A stretch of 63,838 bases of DNA, counting the filler, from Porpidia crustulata (taxonomy: Eukaryota), in assembly GCA_964255105.1 (NCBI GenBank). It is 6 parts of 6 records of this genome, joined end to end, with 100 filler letters (N's around TTAATTAATTAA, not from the genome) between each part and the next. Parts side by side here need not be neighbours in the genome. Positions count along the whole stretch, not along the records: positions 1 to 10,589 come from CAXUWE010000755.1; positions 10,690 to 21,254 come from CAXUWE010000756.1; 4 more parts are not named here. One strand, 5' to 3'. This document shows positions 1-10,992 of the stretch, in pieces (positions within the stretch are counted from its first letter, which is position 1; the number at the start of each line of letters is the position of its first letter). The notes beneath the pieces are model-generated. The model saw only the letters and a program-made list of their open reading frames with translations. It was not told the DNA's origin and made no database searches. A program made the translations under genes and the position numbers.

Positions 1-216
1 CTTCTGTGGCGATGCTTCGCTATGATTTGGGAAAGCAGGGGTAGGAGTGAAATCATTCAATAAGGCTTGTAATGGATTCAGCTGGGAAAGGAGTATGTAT
101 GACAGGAACCCCGATATCGATTGCGCTTACCCAGAAATGCGAACATCCTAATTTAGATAAAACCAAAGATACGTATAGTTGCCAAGGTTTCTACAACCCC
201 CAATCACGATCTCAAG

Positions 217-3208
217 TCAGTCTACGCACGCGATGCCCTCCAACGTTTTCGACGCTCTCACGCCCTCGCCCTCAAACCTCCCAACAAGTCTCTCACAGTC
301 ATTGCGCAGCTTTTCCTCCCGTTTCTTCGCGTTGAATAGAATCCATTCTTCCACACTCATTTTTTTCTCTGGGCTTGGCAGCACTCTCTTCAGATTAATC
401 GCAGTATCGGAAACGGAGGCGTCATTCTCCTTACCAGTCTCGGCTGGGCTGAAGAGCTTTTCGAAATCGATCGCGGTCCAGGGGACACTGGACTGCAATT
501 TCGATGGGTTCTGCTTGACTGGGGATGCATTGGGCGTGCTAGCTGCCAGTGGGAAGCGAGTCGTCTTGGTTATGGAGGGCGAGTCTGCAGCCAGTGGCGG
601 GCGAAGTTCAGAGGGTCGAGAAGACGGAGGCTCGTTCTCGGCGTCTGATGACTGCCGAGGGGATGCCGCTTTCGGCATAGTATGTACGGTGGGCGGTCGT
701 TCTGGAGATGAGGCAGCTGTTGTGCTGCCTGCCAGCCCTCCATTACGACTGAGCTGGGCGGCATCGGCCTTGTCAATGCCAGTCTCGGCATGTTGGACTT
801 CAGATGCTTGATGTTCTGGTGAGGAGCGTCTTGAAGATTCAGCCTGTGGGATCGATGACCTAGTTGGCACTACTTTGTTCAATACTGGCTTACTAGCCTT
901 AGACGTAACTGATTTGGCGTTCTTTTGCTTAGGTTTGATGTTCTTATTGGGCTCAACCTCCATGATCTGAGGTTCTATAAGCCCGACATCGTCCAAGTCA
1001 ATAGCCGTGCAATGTTCATCTACACTTGTCGTATCGTCAATGCTTGGCTGTATGACGTCCTCGATTTGACGGCTAATCAAAGGAACCTTTTTACCTCCCC
1101 TACCCTTCGTGGTAGCAGCCCTGCCCTTCTTCCTGCCAGGTTTCGCGTGAGGCTGGCTAGCAACACTTTGATCCGTTTCGTGGCCTGAGTCATCTTTGGC
1201 ATTGATAGAATCAAGCATTGAAGTATTCACTGACGATGATAGGCTAACATTGTCAAGAGCTGCCGCAAGATCAGATGCTCGAGTGGTACGCTGTAGAACT
1301 TGGCGAGAAGGCTGTCGGCTTCGTAGTTGCTTAGGTCTCTTTGGTATTTGCTCTTCAGCGTGCACCGACTGGTCAAGGATATGCTGCTTTGCTAGAGCAC
1401 TTTCATGTCCCGGGCTTGGCTCTTGGCTAATGGCTTTGTTACTGGTCTTCTTCTTACCAATAGTCTTTTCATTTTGCATGGTGGAGCAAACATTCCCTCC
1501 ACGGACACTTGATTGTGTCACTGCTTCGATGGACGCGTCTTCGTTGCGTACATTTGGCTGCGGGAAAACTCCATTACTAAGAGGAACCTCATCCACAACC
1601 ATCACACTCGTTCTTGTCGTCCGCCGTACGGGCGCTACGGACGTAGTCGCGTTTCTGGATCCAGGCTTTGTACGAGTCAGTCGACGCGTCTTTGGATGTA
1701 CAATCTCTAGCTGTTCGGCCTTGTTCTCATCGTCTGTTAGCGGCCGGTCGAGATCGGCTTCTAAAGCTGCATCGATATCGTCATCATCTACTCTAGTAGC
1801 TCTAAGGGATGCCGTAGAAGCCGTTGACATGGCTGAAGCCTTTCGAATAGCAGAAGATGCCCTTTTTCTACTTCCTTTGGCATTTTCCTTGGACTGGGAA
1901 GCAATCGGAGGTGGCATATTCTCGGCCTCAGTCATATGCACGTCATCATCGTGGCTTTCCGCGAAGACTGTTTGAAGAGGGGATTTAGCAACACTGATTC
2001 TTGATCTTGTAGCCCGTCGTTTGGCGGGCGGAGGTCGAGGATCCGCGATTTCGACCTTCTGGTCTTCGAGTTGTGCATTGCTGTTATCCACGCTTATCTC
2101 ATCACTATTTCTCTTCCTACCTCTAGCGGTCTTATGGGGAAAGGAATCAACCTTGACCTCAAAATCAGCATCCTCGGGCTCGATAAAGCTCGTCGCCTGC
2201 GTAGGTTCTGCTATCGCCGCACTTGTGATCTCGGGCTTTAGCTTGGCAACTGGCTTCTTGGCCTTTCCACCTTTCTTGCTTCCTTTTCCAGTTGTTGCAG
2301 ATTTGATCGAGCATGCAGGTGACAATAGTGTAGCATTGCCCTCGTTCATTGAGAACTTCGTCTCGGATTGTCTTTCCGAAATTGCAGTCACGTTTGATAT
2401 TGTAGATAATCGAGAACCCTTTGAGGCACGACTTTTTCTCGGACGTTCTGCCTTAGACTTGAACGACGATGACAGAGTAAAAAACATGCAGTCTGGGGAT
2501 CGGCGCTGATGCTCGTCGCTTCTGCGCATTAGCTAGCATTAATGAAGACCATGAGTATTCTTACTAAGGATTGTCTTTTGGCTCCCAGCCGTCTAGACTG
2601 AGATTGCAGTATGAACACTTCACAAAATCGTCACTTTCTGGTGTGGGACAATAGTACCATCCAGCATAAACCATCTAGGAAGTATCTCTCAGCGATTATG
2701 CTAGTTCCGTAGAGGTCCAAAGTTACCTTTTGTGTCTTGCAGATCCAGCCTCTCTTGTCTTCATGTGGCCAATGGGCTCCGAAAGTCATCGTTCGGGCGG
2801 TGAGCATATTCTCCGACATAGGGTTCTCCTCTGTTGGCTTGCCGCTCTCAATACCTCGTTCGATATGCATAGCAATCGCCCATCCACAATCGGGCGAGAG
2901 CCTTGTATGTTCCACAATTGGCTCATCGTCTGCCTCCCAGCCATCCAGACTGCTCTGACAGAGAAAACAGGTTGCATTATCTGGGCGCGAGGCAGTTGGT
3001 TGATAGTAAAACCCAGCTATTGCAAGCTAGGGATTGTTAGCATCATGCATTTCTATTGCGAACAAGTGGCTCATACTTGAGTCGGTGTTGGGCTTTTGTG
3101 TGGCCATTTCGAGGATTTTGCGCCTTTGGCTTCTGAGGCCCTTTTCCGTGTTGAATGCGCTTTGCTGAACGAATTTAGGCGCGCGATGTAGGTTTCCATT
3201 GCACTCAT
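217..3208 (-). CDS. BIR1: Bir1/survivin-like chromosomal passenger protein with two N-terminal BIR domains (multi-exon)
   Basis: Spliced exons give ARLNSF...WPH...LAIAGFYYQP...DNATCFLCQSSLDGWEADDEPIVEH and a second BIR (WPHEDKRGWICKTQK...). The long low-complexity exon 217-2529 ends in MSVEEWILFNAKKREEKLRNDCERLVGRFEGEG, the conserved fungal Bir1 C-terminus. ATG at 3208. Confidence 0.9.
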
Positions 3209-3595
3209 TATAAAGATATGGCTCCTGATTTGAGAGCTTATGACGGATCAGAAGAGCTTCTCAAGTATTGAAAAATTGGCGGTATGTTTGCGGCGGAAAC
3301 AGGTGGGTAGTGATATAGTCAAGTTGAGAGAACTGGTGTTGTGTTTGTTTTGATAGTTACCGAATCAGTCACTAGCGTAGTCATATTAGTTCCTCCTCCA
3401 ATACTCGCGTAAATCCACGTCGACTCCAGGAAGAACCCCATCCTTGACAGGTCATGTAAATCGCTATACATTTAGACAGCTTGCTTGTGTCTCCATGGCG
3501 GATTCTGAGCAGCGGCTGGAGCTGTACGATCTAATAGAGCTGCGATAGCTTGCAATCGAGCGGCACTTTACCAGCATCTTCAACTTACCAGAAGA

Positions 3596-5197
3596 ATGTT
3601 GGCTACTGTGAGGTCCTCCGGCATTTCTATTCGAATTTTGTATGCCCTTGATTACCGTACTAATTTTCTTGTCCTCTAGGTGCCGCAAAATGCTCTACAA
3701 TTGGTCACTCGCAATGTCCTACTCAGACCAAGGTGGTATTACCGGATACTTTCCAGCAAAGGCGTAGACAGCCAACGCCTGGCTTTTGGCACCTCGGGGA
3801 ACAAGGCTCCAAAGCCTGGGCCAGATTCGTCAAACGATGATATATTCTCATCCACAAGTTACTCGAGACCTTCTTCTACCGCTTCTTCGCAAGCTTCAGA
3901 TACCAATCCATCTCAATCACCAAAAGCGACAAGCCAGCCAAATACACCACCTACTGATTGGGATGATAATCCTGACTTGAGTATATCCACTTTCTCTCAG
4001 CTACCGTCCACGAACTTCGGAATCAATCAGCACATGGTGATAAATGAGCAATTCAAAGAAGCACTGCGTCAGGTCCTGTGGCAATTTCGGGCACCCATCA
4101 GATATGCCTTCGCTTACGGCTCCGGGGTTTTCCCTCAATCTGGATCGGGATCATCGAATAAGGCAAACCTACATCCGAACCCAGATCCTGTCATATCGTC
4201 CGTACAGAAGGGACAGGGGAAAATGATAGATTTTATATTCGGTGTTTCGTATACGCAGCATTGGCATTCCTTGAATCTTCAGCAACACCGCAACCATTAC
4301 TCAGCTGTTGGTTCTCTAGGATCTTCATTTGTCTCCCGAATACAGGACAATTGGGGCGCGGGTATATACTTCAATCCGTACATCACCGTAAATGGCATTT
4401 TGATCAAGTACGGGGTCGTCAACCTTGATACTCTATGTCGGGATCTCTCACAGTGGGACACCCTCTATTTAGCAGGACGTTTACAGAAGCCTGTCAAAAT
4501 TCTTCGGGACGACCCTCGTGTACGACTCGCCAACCAGATCAACCTGATCTCGGCACTTCGTACTGCTTTATTACTACTTCCGCCCACGTTCACAGAGCAA
4601 GACCTCTATGGCAAGATTGCTGGCATATCATACCTTGGTGATCCCCGAATGTCTCTCCCAACAGAAAATGCGAACAAAGTTGCCAATATCGTTCGGCATC
4701 AACTTCCCAACTTTCGCCGCCTATATGCGCCTCTTATCGAAAATATGCCCAATGTAGCCTTCCAAGACCCTCGGTGCAGCTCCCCTAAATGGGCTGATGA
4801 CCCTGATACCAATGCCACCCTTGCACAAGACATGGACCCTGTGAAACGAGGTAATATGGTGCGCCGTTTGCCGAAATCTTTTCGGGAAAAGCTGTATTTT
4901 CAGTACCAATCTAAGTTCCAGATTCCACAGCTTGAGTTTAATAAGATGCTCGAAGCCTCGAATGATGAAGACTCAACCCGTGTCAAGCGCAGGCAGGGTG
5001 GCGTCTTCGAGCAAAGACTAGCAGGAGACGATCAACGAGCTCTCGTCAAAGAAGTCGGTGAAGTCATCAAGAAAACAATTAGATGGCCGAGTGTAAGTCA
5101 AACTTTGAAGGGAATTGTTACGGGTGGCATCAGGAGGTCGTGGAGATATACCATGGAAAAGCTACAAAAGTATAAGGAGGGACAAAAGAAGGATTAG
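3596..5197 (+). CDS. TAM41: Mitochondrial phosphatidate cytidylyltransferase Tam41/Mmp37
   Basis: Motifs PIRYAFAYGSGVFPQ, MIDFIFGV, IKYGVV, LYLAGRLQKPV, ISYLGDPR. Likely start is ATG 3596 (MLAT), intron 3608-3679 (GTGAGG..CTAAT..TAG), then in frame with the ORF at 3680. The N-terminus is Arg-rich like a mitochondrial presequence. Confidence 0.93.
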
Positions 5198-5409
5198 GAT
5201 GGACTGGATCGCGAGACTAAAGACGCAGGCTCTAAGCCAGAGTAAGTCCGGAGAGGTCAGTAAGCGGGAATTGGAGAGAACCAGGTATTCGCGGCTTGAG
5301 TGATCCCGGGCTTTGCCACATTTCAGGGTTTGCGAAAACAGTCTGAGCCAAGTGATACGCCTTTTCTATGACCAAGCCTTACGAGTTTTTGCATGACCTA
5401 GCAATTTAG

Positions 5410-5977
5410 ATGCGACCTTATCCATCTCTGTCATGGTATCCTGCGCATGGTTTCTGTTGGTATTGTTGCTCAAGAATTAATTTCGCAAACCATAAGAATC
5501 CCAGATTCAATGCTGAGGAATCCATTTTTCTGCATATAGCAGTAGTGCAACCATCCATAAATTTTGATGAAGAATTCTTCAGGTCTTTTACTTGTCACGA
5601 AGGAAGGCGTTCTTTTGATTCCCAGAGACCAAAAGTCGAAAGGGCGAGGTCACAAGCAATGTGGAAAATGCACCAATCTTTACCCATGGCATTGCCACCA
5701 TGGCCACGATGACCAGGAGGCCGGCAAAAAGTGTAGCGTATGCGGGCACAACAAGTGTAGTGATTGTCCGGCAATTGGGAAATGCAGATCGAGGCAGGCA
5801 CCTGGCAAGCTCCTACAATGACGTGTTGATCCAGGCGGCATTATCCCCCGTTTGCTAAAACACAGGAAGCACTGGCTGCAGGTGAGAACGATAACGACGA
5901 CGATGACGAAATTAATTTTGATGAAGAAAATATTCTACGTTCCCGGGCCAGGCCATCACGCAGCAGGTCACGTTGAA
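5410..5977 (+). pseudogene. Degenerate Cys/His-rich tandem zinc-ribbon-like ORF fragments
   Basis: WHCHHGH...KKCSVCGHNKCSDC preceded by a decayed copy (FTCHEG/...RGHKQCGKC) split across frames. The 15-nt AATTTTGATGAAGAA (INFDEE) is repeated at about 5559 and 5914. Confidence 0.35.
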
Positions 5978-7039
5978 GGGTGATTCGAAAGCCACTGCAA
6001 GGACTTTGACGCTTCGGCGGTAGCGGCATGTTTAACGTGGTCAGGGTGTTAGCCAAGGGTAGTATTAGAAGGCTGGTCATCGGTGGGATATGAAGGGGTG
6101 CGGAGTTCTTCTGGGTGTTTTTCGGACACCCATTAGTTTTGGAAGTCATGTACGTTTCTAGATTCTCGGCTGTCCTACCTTGAAATATGAAAGATAGAGC
6201 CTCCACTCTTTTTCCACGAGTTGGATATTATGTCTGTTGTGAAGTCTCTCAAATCGCAAACAGTCGAAACATTGCGAACGCGGTCCAGGCCATCCCATCC
6301 TCATTGAAATTGCAAGCTCAGCGAGAAGCGGCAGGAGAGGCGGTGTCTATGCCTCACATTTTACGATTTCAAGATCGAGAGGAACTTGGAAAAAATTGTA
6401 CCCAAGAGCATTAGTAACAGCATTGTACAAGTGATTTTCCTTATATTTGGTGTCCACACTTATCGCCAGACAATTGAAAGGAATCGTTCTCACCAGAGTT
6501 GCTCGGTTTTGGATTCGCTAGGGAGCCATCCTTTTGTATAGAAGTCGACCACCCGGCGTTTTGATAGCTCACTTCGCGGTTCAGAATTTTGCTGCAATCG
6601 GAGGGTTTAGCATTGACTTGACGTTTAGGGCGAAGGAGGTTCTAGTTCATTCTGGAGAGGGTGATCTCGTGGATCGTCGTTGCCTGGTGTTTTGCGATTC
6701 TATGAGTAGTTGTGAAGTTCTATATGAAGATACCTGATTGGGAGCTGGACGGGTGCCATTCATGGGACAAGCCTCATAGAGTAGATATAGTAAATAGGGT
6801 TAGGGTTTGCTCGATTCTCCAGTACTCCATCACCTACTTCTGAACCATAAGTAAGGATGCGGAGGTGCAAGGCGTATCGTTCCTGTGTTTGGCCGTGCCA
6901 CTCAAGGTGTACTCAGCTAGCCCGTATAGGATCCCATGTCTAGGGATAGCTCTGCTCTCATTTGCCTCATGACACCATCGTTACTTTGTCTACTTGGAGT
7001 CGTCTACTGAAATCTTGTTGGATACCTGTTCATTCCATC

Positions 7040-8569
7040 ATGCAACTCATCGATATCCCGTTCCCGGCCTTTCAATGCGTGATCGAAAACATGGTCGCAG
7101 CAGTGGGTCTTGCTAAGGCTATCCGGCTTCGACTGGTGTGCCGTAAGTCTCCATAGATTACAGTATGGATTGCTTCTATTACTAAGTCTTCTGACATAGA
7201 TTTATTTGATGCGCAGGTCACACGCGTAGTCTATGGGACTCGCATCTGTAACTTCTGGGAGGACTTTGGAGCACGAAGCATGAGTCCAGAGTGTCTGAAG
7301 ATGTGCCTAAGAACTAGAATCACCAGACAGAGAATATTCGGAAGAGACTTGCTCGATTCCATCATCAGCCAGATCGCTCATTTGTTACTCGATGATGCAG
7401 GTGTAGAAAAATCCAAGGAGCTACGCCTCCAATATCTATACGCCTTGTGCGACGCTGTGGCGTACAATCTTTCACCTTGGGAGATGTTAGACCTTCAAAG
7501 GTCGAGTCATGCAACAGCAGGCATCTCGGATCTATCTGAGCACATGCTCGCCGCGATGGCAGCTATAGGGAGCAAGCAACAACTACAAACCCTACTTTCT
7601 AACGATGTAGATCCAAACGTTAAAAGTAAAATTTTCGGTTTTGCTGCACAGAATGCGGCAAGAATCGGACAGGAGGACATGGTGTTACTACTGCTCGAAT
7701 ACGATACCAAAGTCCCTGATCGCAAAAATGCAGCAGAGGCGACTGCTGCGGCGCTCAAAGCAGCCTGCGAAATCGGCCAAGAACGAGTCGTTCAATCTAT
7801 GCTAGTTTCTCAAGACAAGATTGATGTCCTACCGGCGCACTTCGAAGCTGCAGTCGTGGCTGCCGCGCAAAATGGTCATGTCGATCTGGTGCGTTTACTC
7901 TTGGAGAGTGGCACATTCACCAACAAGGAGAACGTAATTGTTCAATCATTCTTGCAAGCTTCTCGTCGCGGCTTCACAGACGTTGTACAAATCTTGATTG
8001 AGTCCGGAGTGGATGTAAACATAGTCGACCACACGGGATTCAATGCCTTGAATAAAGCTGCAATGGGCGGCCATACACTCGTTGTCCGACAACTTCTACA
8101 ACATGGCGCGAAGTATGATGCGGTAATCTACAAGGATCCCTTGTTCCTGGCTGGGATAAATGGACATGAGGACGTCGTGCAGATGTTGCTCGACTGCGGG
8201 GCCCCTCTCAACGGTAAAGGAAATATACATTGTCCCCTACTCATCCAGGCGGCGCGGAAAGGTGAGTCCCGAATGGTGCGTTTCTGTCTAGAGAAGGGAG
8301 TGGACCTTAATGTTTGTCATCATGGAGACTTAGCGCTTAAGTTCGCCGCTGAACATGGCCACGAAGACACAGTCCGGCTGTTGGCCGGGTTCGGAGCCGA
8401 TGTAAACGGTCGGGAAGATCAAGATAGCCCGATGCTGACAGCCTTGGTATATGGCCGTGACCGTATGGTGAAGACACTGCTTGGGCTCGGCGCCAAAGAG
8501 GTCAATCCCCTCGAAACCTGCTACGCCGCCTACTTCGAAGCTGGTCAATTTCCAGTGAGGAGACCGTAG
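7040..8569 (+). CDS. Ankyrin-repeat protein with N-terminal F-box-like segment (2 exons)
   Basis: Exon 1 7040-7142 (MQLIDIPFPAFQCVIENMV...IRLRLVC), intron 7143-7199 GTAAGT..TAG, in frame with ORF 7280-8569. That ORF has about 8 ankyrin repeats (AAQNGHVDLVRLLLE, AAMGGHTLVVRQLLQHGA, AAEHGHEDTVRLL). Confidence 0.85.
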
Positions 8570-9437
8570 AAATTAATTTTGATGCTACTGACAGAAATAC
8601 TATTAAAAAGGTGGTGCCCTGAGACATGATCCAATTTAATCCCCAGCAATAGTACATCTTCAAGGTTTGATACGGAATAGATTGCGCCTGAGTCATCGTT
8701 CGTGCTATCGAAAACCTCGACTTGCTTTTTGGAGAAGGGGAACGCGTCGAAGATCACTTTCAATACCCAGCAAGCACGCGGTGCCGAAGTCTGATGTGGG
8801 CTCGCAAATAATGCCACTATGGTATTCATCATGTTCAAACTCACATGGAACCTGGTTTAGTCCAAATTCCGCCTTGGCTCCAAGACTCGTGGTAGTCAAC
8901 ACCCTCCTCTCTGTTCCGACCAGGGCTTGACACCTGAAAAGGACGAATCAAGCCTTTCGGGTCGTGAAGATGGAGTCTAATCACAGCCTGGCGACAGATA
9001 TTCATTGCTGTTCCTACACCCGTATTGATTACATCTAGCATTGCCTACCGAGATATTCTTCAATGAAGATTGTATAGAGGATCCAGCGGGCGGATGGTGT
9101 CAGGGATGATATCATGATGCTGTTCTATTCATACTGTTGGCAGCTTCATGGATGTAGCTGAGCCGTATGGTTTATTGGGATACCTCATGATGTCTGTCTC
9201 CCGGTGTACATCTCCAAGACCGCGGAACTGTGTATAAGTGTGCTTGTTGCCGTTTATCTTATTGACGCCATATCACTTCTCACACCTCAATCTGTCTCCA
9301 TCTACAATAATAAATCTTTATCACTCGTACTTGCCATCATCACCACAGTCTCGTACCCTTCTACCATTCTCCAGCAAAGCTCTCTACTGGTTTGCGCACG
9401 CCGTCGGTGTCATTTCCTCCATATTTGAGACTCAGAG

Positions 9438-10586
9438 ATGGCGGTGGCCGTGATAGATGTTGTCGACGCCCTGGCTGGCGTCGTAGGCGTTGGTATGATG
9501 ATTCCCGGCTTACTCCCGGATAAAAGTAAAGACGAACACGAGACGGTTGTTCGAATCGGTGCCGGCCTGTCAAGCAACAAAAAAGACAACACCGCCGGAA
9601 ATTAGCCTGCCATATCCCTATACGACATTGAGGGCCGCTTGGTTGGCTCGACGAAAGGTTCCAAGACCACTATCCAAGACGGATCATTTGTTGATATCAA
9701 CGTCCCATTTGCCAAGGGAGTCGGGAAGAAGCCATCGGAGTACATCTCTGTTACGGACGGAGGTATAGATGCATTGTGCATTGCCTACATTGCAGTTACA
9801 CAACCAGACGGGACCAAAAAGGCATGGTACGGAGACGTCGGAAAGACATGCGGAGCAGATTGGTATCACTCGGAGCTGAAGACCGGGGACGACGACTATC
9901 AGCCATCCTGCATCTGGATCGACGAAAACTATTCCAACGGTCTCCGCTTCCAGGGCCTCGGTCTGCACCTCAACGATTTCGCCGCTACAGCGGAACGGGC
10001 GAAGCAGTTCGACGAAAACCGCGACCTGATGTGCAACGCCGCGCCGCGCTTCAAGATGTACGAGAAGATGAACGCCAAGGACTCCATCCCCATCTTCATC
10101 TCCCCCCTCGACTACAAGCCCAAGGAGCTCACCGACCCGGACCCGCCCGCCGTGCTCGACAAGAAGCGCTGGGTCATGCACCTCCAGGGCCCCAACATCA
10201 ATAAAGCCTCCATCAACGGCGACCCGCCGAAGCCCAAAAAGCCGGCCCGTCGGCAAACAACCAATCACGCAGGTCCAAACGGCGCCAAAAAACCCAACGC
10301 CGCCGCCGCCGTCGTAGTCGTCAGCAAGAGCAAGAACCACAGCGCCAAGGATCTCTGCGGCAGCGGCTCCTCCGTCGGCCCGGACTTCGCCTCCCTCGAC
10401 GAACAGCTCTTTTGCGACATGAAGGCCAAGAAAACCTGGCCCCTGTGCGGCCCCATCAAGGCCGATGCCTGTTTCGATCCCGCGGCGGGGACGATGAGGG
10501 CCGGCAAGGGGCTGCGCGGGAGGGACTCGTCGACGGGCGCGGTGCCGCCGACGAAGAGCTATGATAAGACGGTGCATTGGGGTTAG
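9438..10586 (+). pseudogene. Cys-containing fungal hypothetical protein with hydrophobic N-terminus, interrupted by one in-frame TAG (9603-9605)
   Basis: ATG 9438 MAVAVIDVVDALAGVVGVGMMIPG...TVVRIGAGLS..NTAGN*PAISLYDIEGR continues in the same frame into ORF 9639-10586, which has strong GC3 bias and multiple Cys (DALCIAYI, KTCGADWY, PSCIWID, LCGSGSSVGPDF, LFCDMK). Confidence 0.7.
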
Positions 10587-10589
10587 GGG

Positions 10590-10689
10590 NNNNNNNNNNN
10601 NNNNNNNNNNNNNNNNNNNNNNNNNNNNNNNNNTTAATTAATTAANNNNNNNNNNNNNNNNNNNNNNNNNNNNNNNNNNNNNNNNNNNN
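10590..10689. other. Artificial contig linker (N-TTAATTAATTAA-N, 100 nt)
   Basis: Six-frame stop linker flanked by Ns; identical 100-nt design at all five junctions. Confidence 0.98.
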
Positions 10690-10992
10690 GCTGTGCTTCT
10701 GCTGCGTGTATGCCTTCCTCATAATCAAGTAGACTGTTTTCCTTCAAAATTGGAGAAATGGAACGCTCAGAGTATAATGTACAAAGATGTTGCTTTCATC
10801 TTTTGTCATAGATTGTCAATTACAAGTATATACTATTTACGAAATGGTATCTCACAGACAGCCGCCCAAATATGCAAATGATCCACTCTAATCCGAGTCG
10901 TATATGTCATGCCCGTGAAACGCCACCTACCCACCGACTTATGCCGCTTGTACATCAAGAATCATATCATATATATATATTACATTACCCCA

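Noticed and set aside
6795..6808. TAGGGTTAGGGTTT telomeric repeat
   Set aside because: Only about 2 units, internal and in a promoter region; not a telomere.
9684..10577. Long antisense ORFs (also 179-811, 1196-1975, 26920-27681, 29198-29794, 58530-59195)
   Set aside because: Shadows of real genes caused by codon and GC3 bias.
10634..10645. TTAATTAATTAA palindromic motif recurring every ~10.6 kb
   Set aside because: Synthetic six-frame stop linker embedded in Ns.
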